A stretch of DNA of 50,432 nucleotides from Callorhinchus milii (lineage: Eukaryota). The notes under the pieces are model-generated. The model did no database searches. It had not been told where the DNA came from and saw only the letters and a list, made by a program, of their open reading frames with translations. The stretch lies in contig NW_024705375.1 in assembly GCF_018977255.1 (NCBI RefSeq), positions 1 through 50,432 on the forward strand, read 5' to 3'. The translations under genes were made by a program, and so were the position numbers. This document shows positions 49,575-50,432 of the stretch, in pieces; the first letter of the stretch is position 1, and the number at the start of each line of letters is the position of its first letter.

Positions 49575-49619
49575 CAGGTCCGTCGAGGCGACAGAGTCTC
49601 TGTCGCCTCGACGGACCTG
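49575..49619. repeat. Perfect 22-bp inverted repeat with 1-nt spacer
   Basis: CAGGTCCGTCGAGGCGACAGAG-T-CTCTGTCGCCTCGACGGACCTG. Confidence 0.97.
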
Positions 49620-50186
49620 AAGTCAAATCATTCCAACTCGTGGTCCATTAATTTTACCACATCAGTTTCTCAAACACCGTCAATAAAATAATTATGAATC
49701 TCGTATTGTAGCCTGGCTATATATGTGTAATGCGAGCAAGGATTGAAGGGGCGGAGTCTGGGTCACGTGAGGAGAGGGAGGAGTTAGGGTCACGTGGGGG
49801 AGAGGATTTAGGGAGAGAACCGGAAGGGGAACGGGGAGTTGAGACGGAGTGAAACGGGAGGAGGCCACGCTGGCAGTACGGGGAGAGTGGCGCGGTCGCC
49901 ACGCAGTGGGAGACGTCGGCACCGTCAGCCATCGGTGTCAGGACGCAGAGGGCTAGCGAGCGGTGGAAGGCTAGCTGCAGAGCGGAGCAGCAGTGAAGCT
50001 GCAGTCGGAGCAGCGTGTGGCTGCAGGGTGGAGCGGCAGTGAGGCTGCAGAACGAGCAGCAGAGTGGCTGTGGAGTGATCGTCGGGAGAGACGCGGGCCT
50101 GAGCGAGGACGCCGTGTGAACGAGAATCTACGAACCCAAATAAAGGACAACGGAGATCGACATTGAGAAAGAGTCCTTTATTACAT

Positions 50187-50200
50187 TGGTGTCAGAAGTG
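50187..50200 (+). promoter_or_regulatory. Primer binding site of copy E (tRNA-Leu(CAA)-like)
   Basis: TGGTGTCAGAAGTG 1 nt after the LTR. Confidence 0.88.
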
Positions 50201-50207
50201 AAACGGC

Positions 50208-50432
50208 ATGTCAAAACAGCACAGAAGGAAGAACGTCCCTGCACCATCTTCTGCAGCATCTTCTGACGACGACCTCCTCCAGCGGTGGCGCTACGACGAT
50301 GGAGGGGGAAAGCGACACTGGGACGAGCGGCGGTCTGGGCGTGCAGGACGTGGCCGTTTTGGTGGGTCCATCCACGCGAGTGGACGCTGATGAAGGATGG
50401 CGACAGGTGGTGGCCCAACTGGAGGCACTGAA
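50208..50432 (+). pseudogene. gag: gag N-terminus of copy E, frameshifted
   Basis: MSKQHRRKNVPAPSS matches copy B MSKHLKKNNIPAPSS; the EGWRQVVAQL segment (B: DGWRHVAVQL) is in another frame. Confidence 0.8.

Larger units (their letters stand above)
49726..50432 (+). mobile_element. 5' end of Gypsy copy E (relative of B): LTR 49726-50185, PBS, gag start
   Basis: TGTAATGCGAGC...CCTTTATTACA LTR; runs off the window end. Confidence 0.9.

Overview
Eukaryotic, repeat-dense sequence with no recognisable host gene; the repeat types suggest a fish- or lamprey-like vertebrate (inference). The flanks (1-16285 and ~40057-50432) are a nested retroelement cluster. They hold five Ty3/Gypsy LTR retrotransposon copies: A (minus, 1-6647), B (plus, 7674-14365), C (minus, 3' end only, 15116-16285), D (plus, degenerate, ~42770-48851) and E (plus, 5' end only, from 49726). 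Domain order is gag-CCHC-PR-RT-RH-IN, and A, B and E carry a tRNA-Leu-type PBS. The flanks also contain three solitary LTRs, an L2-like LINE split by later insertions, a hAT-like terminus, minisatellites, and a dispersed repeat carrying minimal type I hammerhead ribozyme motifs of the Penelope kind. The centre (16316-~40056, 23.7 kb, right after a 30-N gap) looks like random sequence: I see no credible ORFs, repeats or low-complexity tracts, so I treat it as probably artificial or uninterpretable. I cannot support a new multi-gene system. The best leads are the hammerhead motifs, a conserved pre-PPT hairpin, a dUTPase-like insert between PR and RT, and the head-to-head LTR junction.
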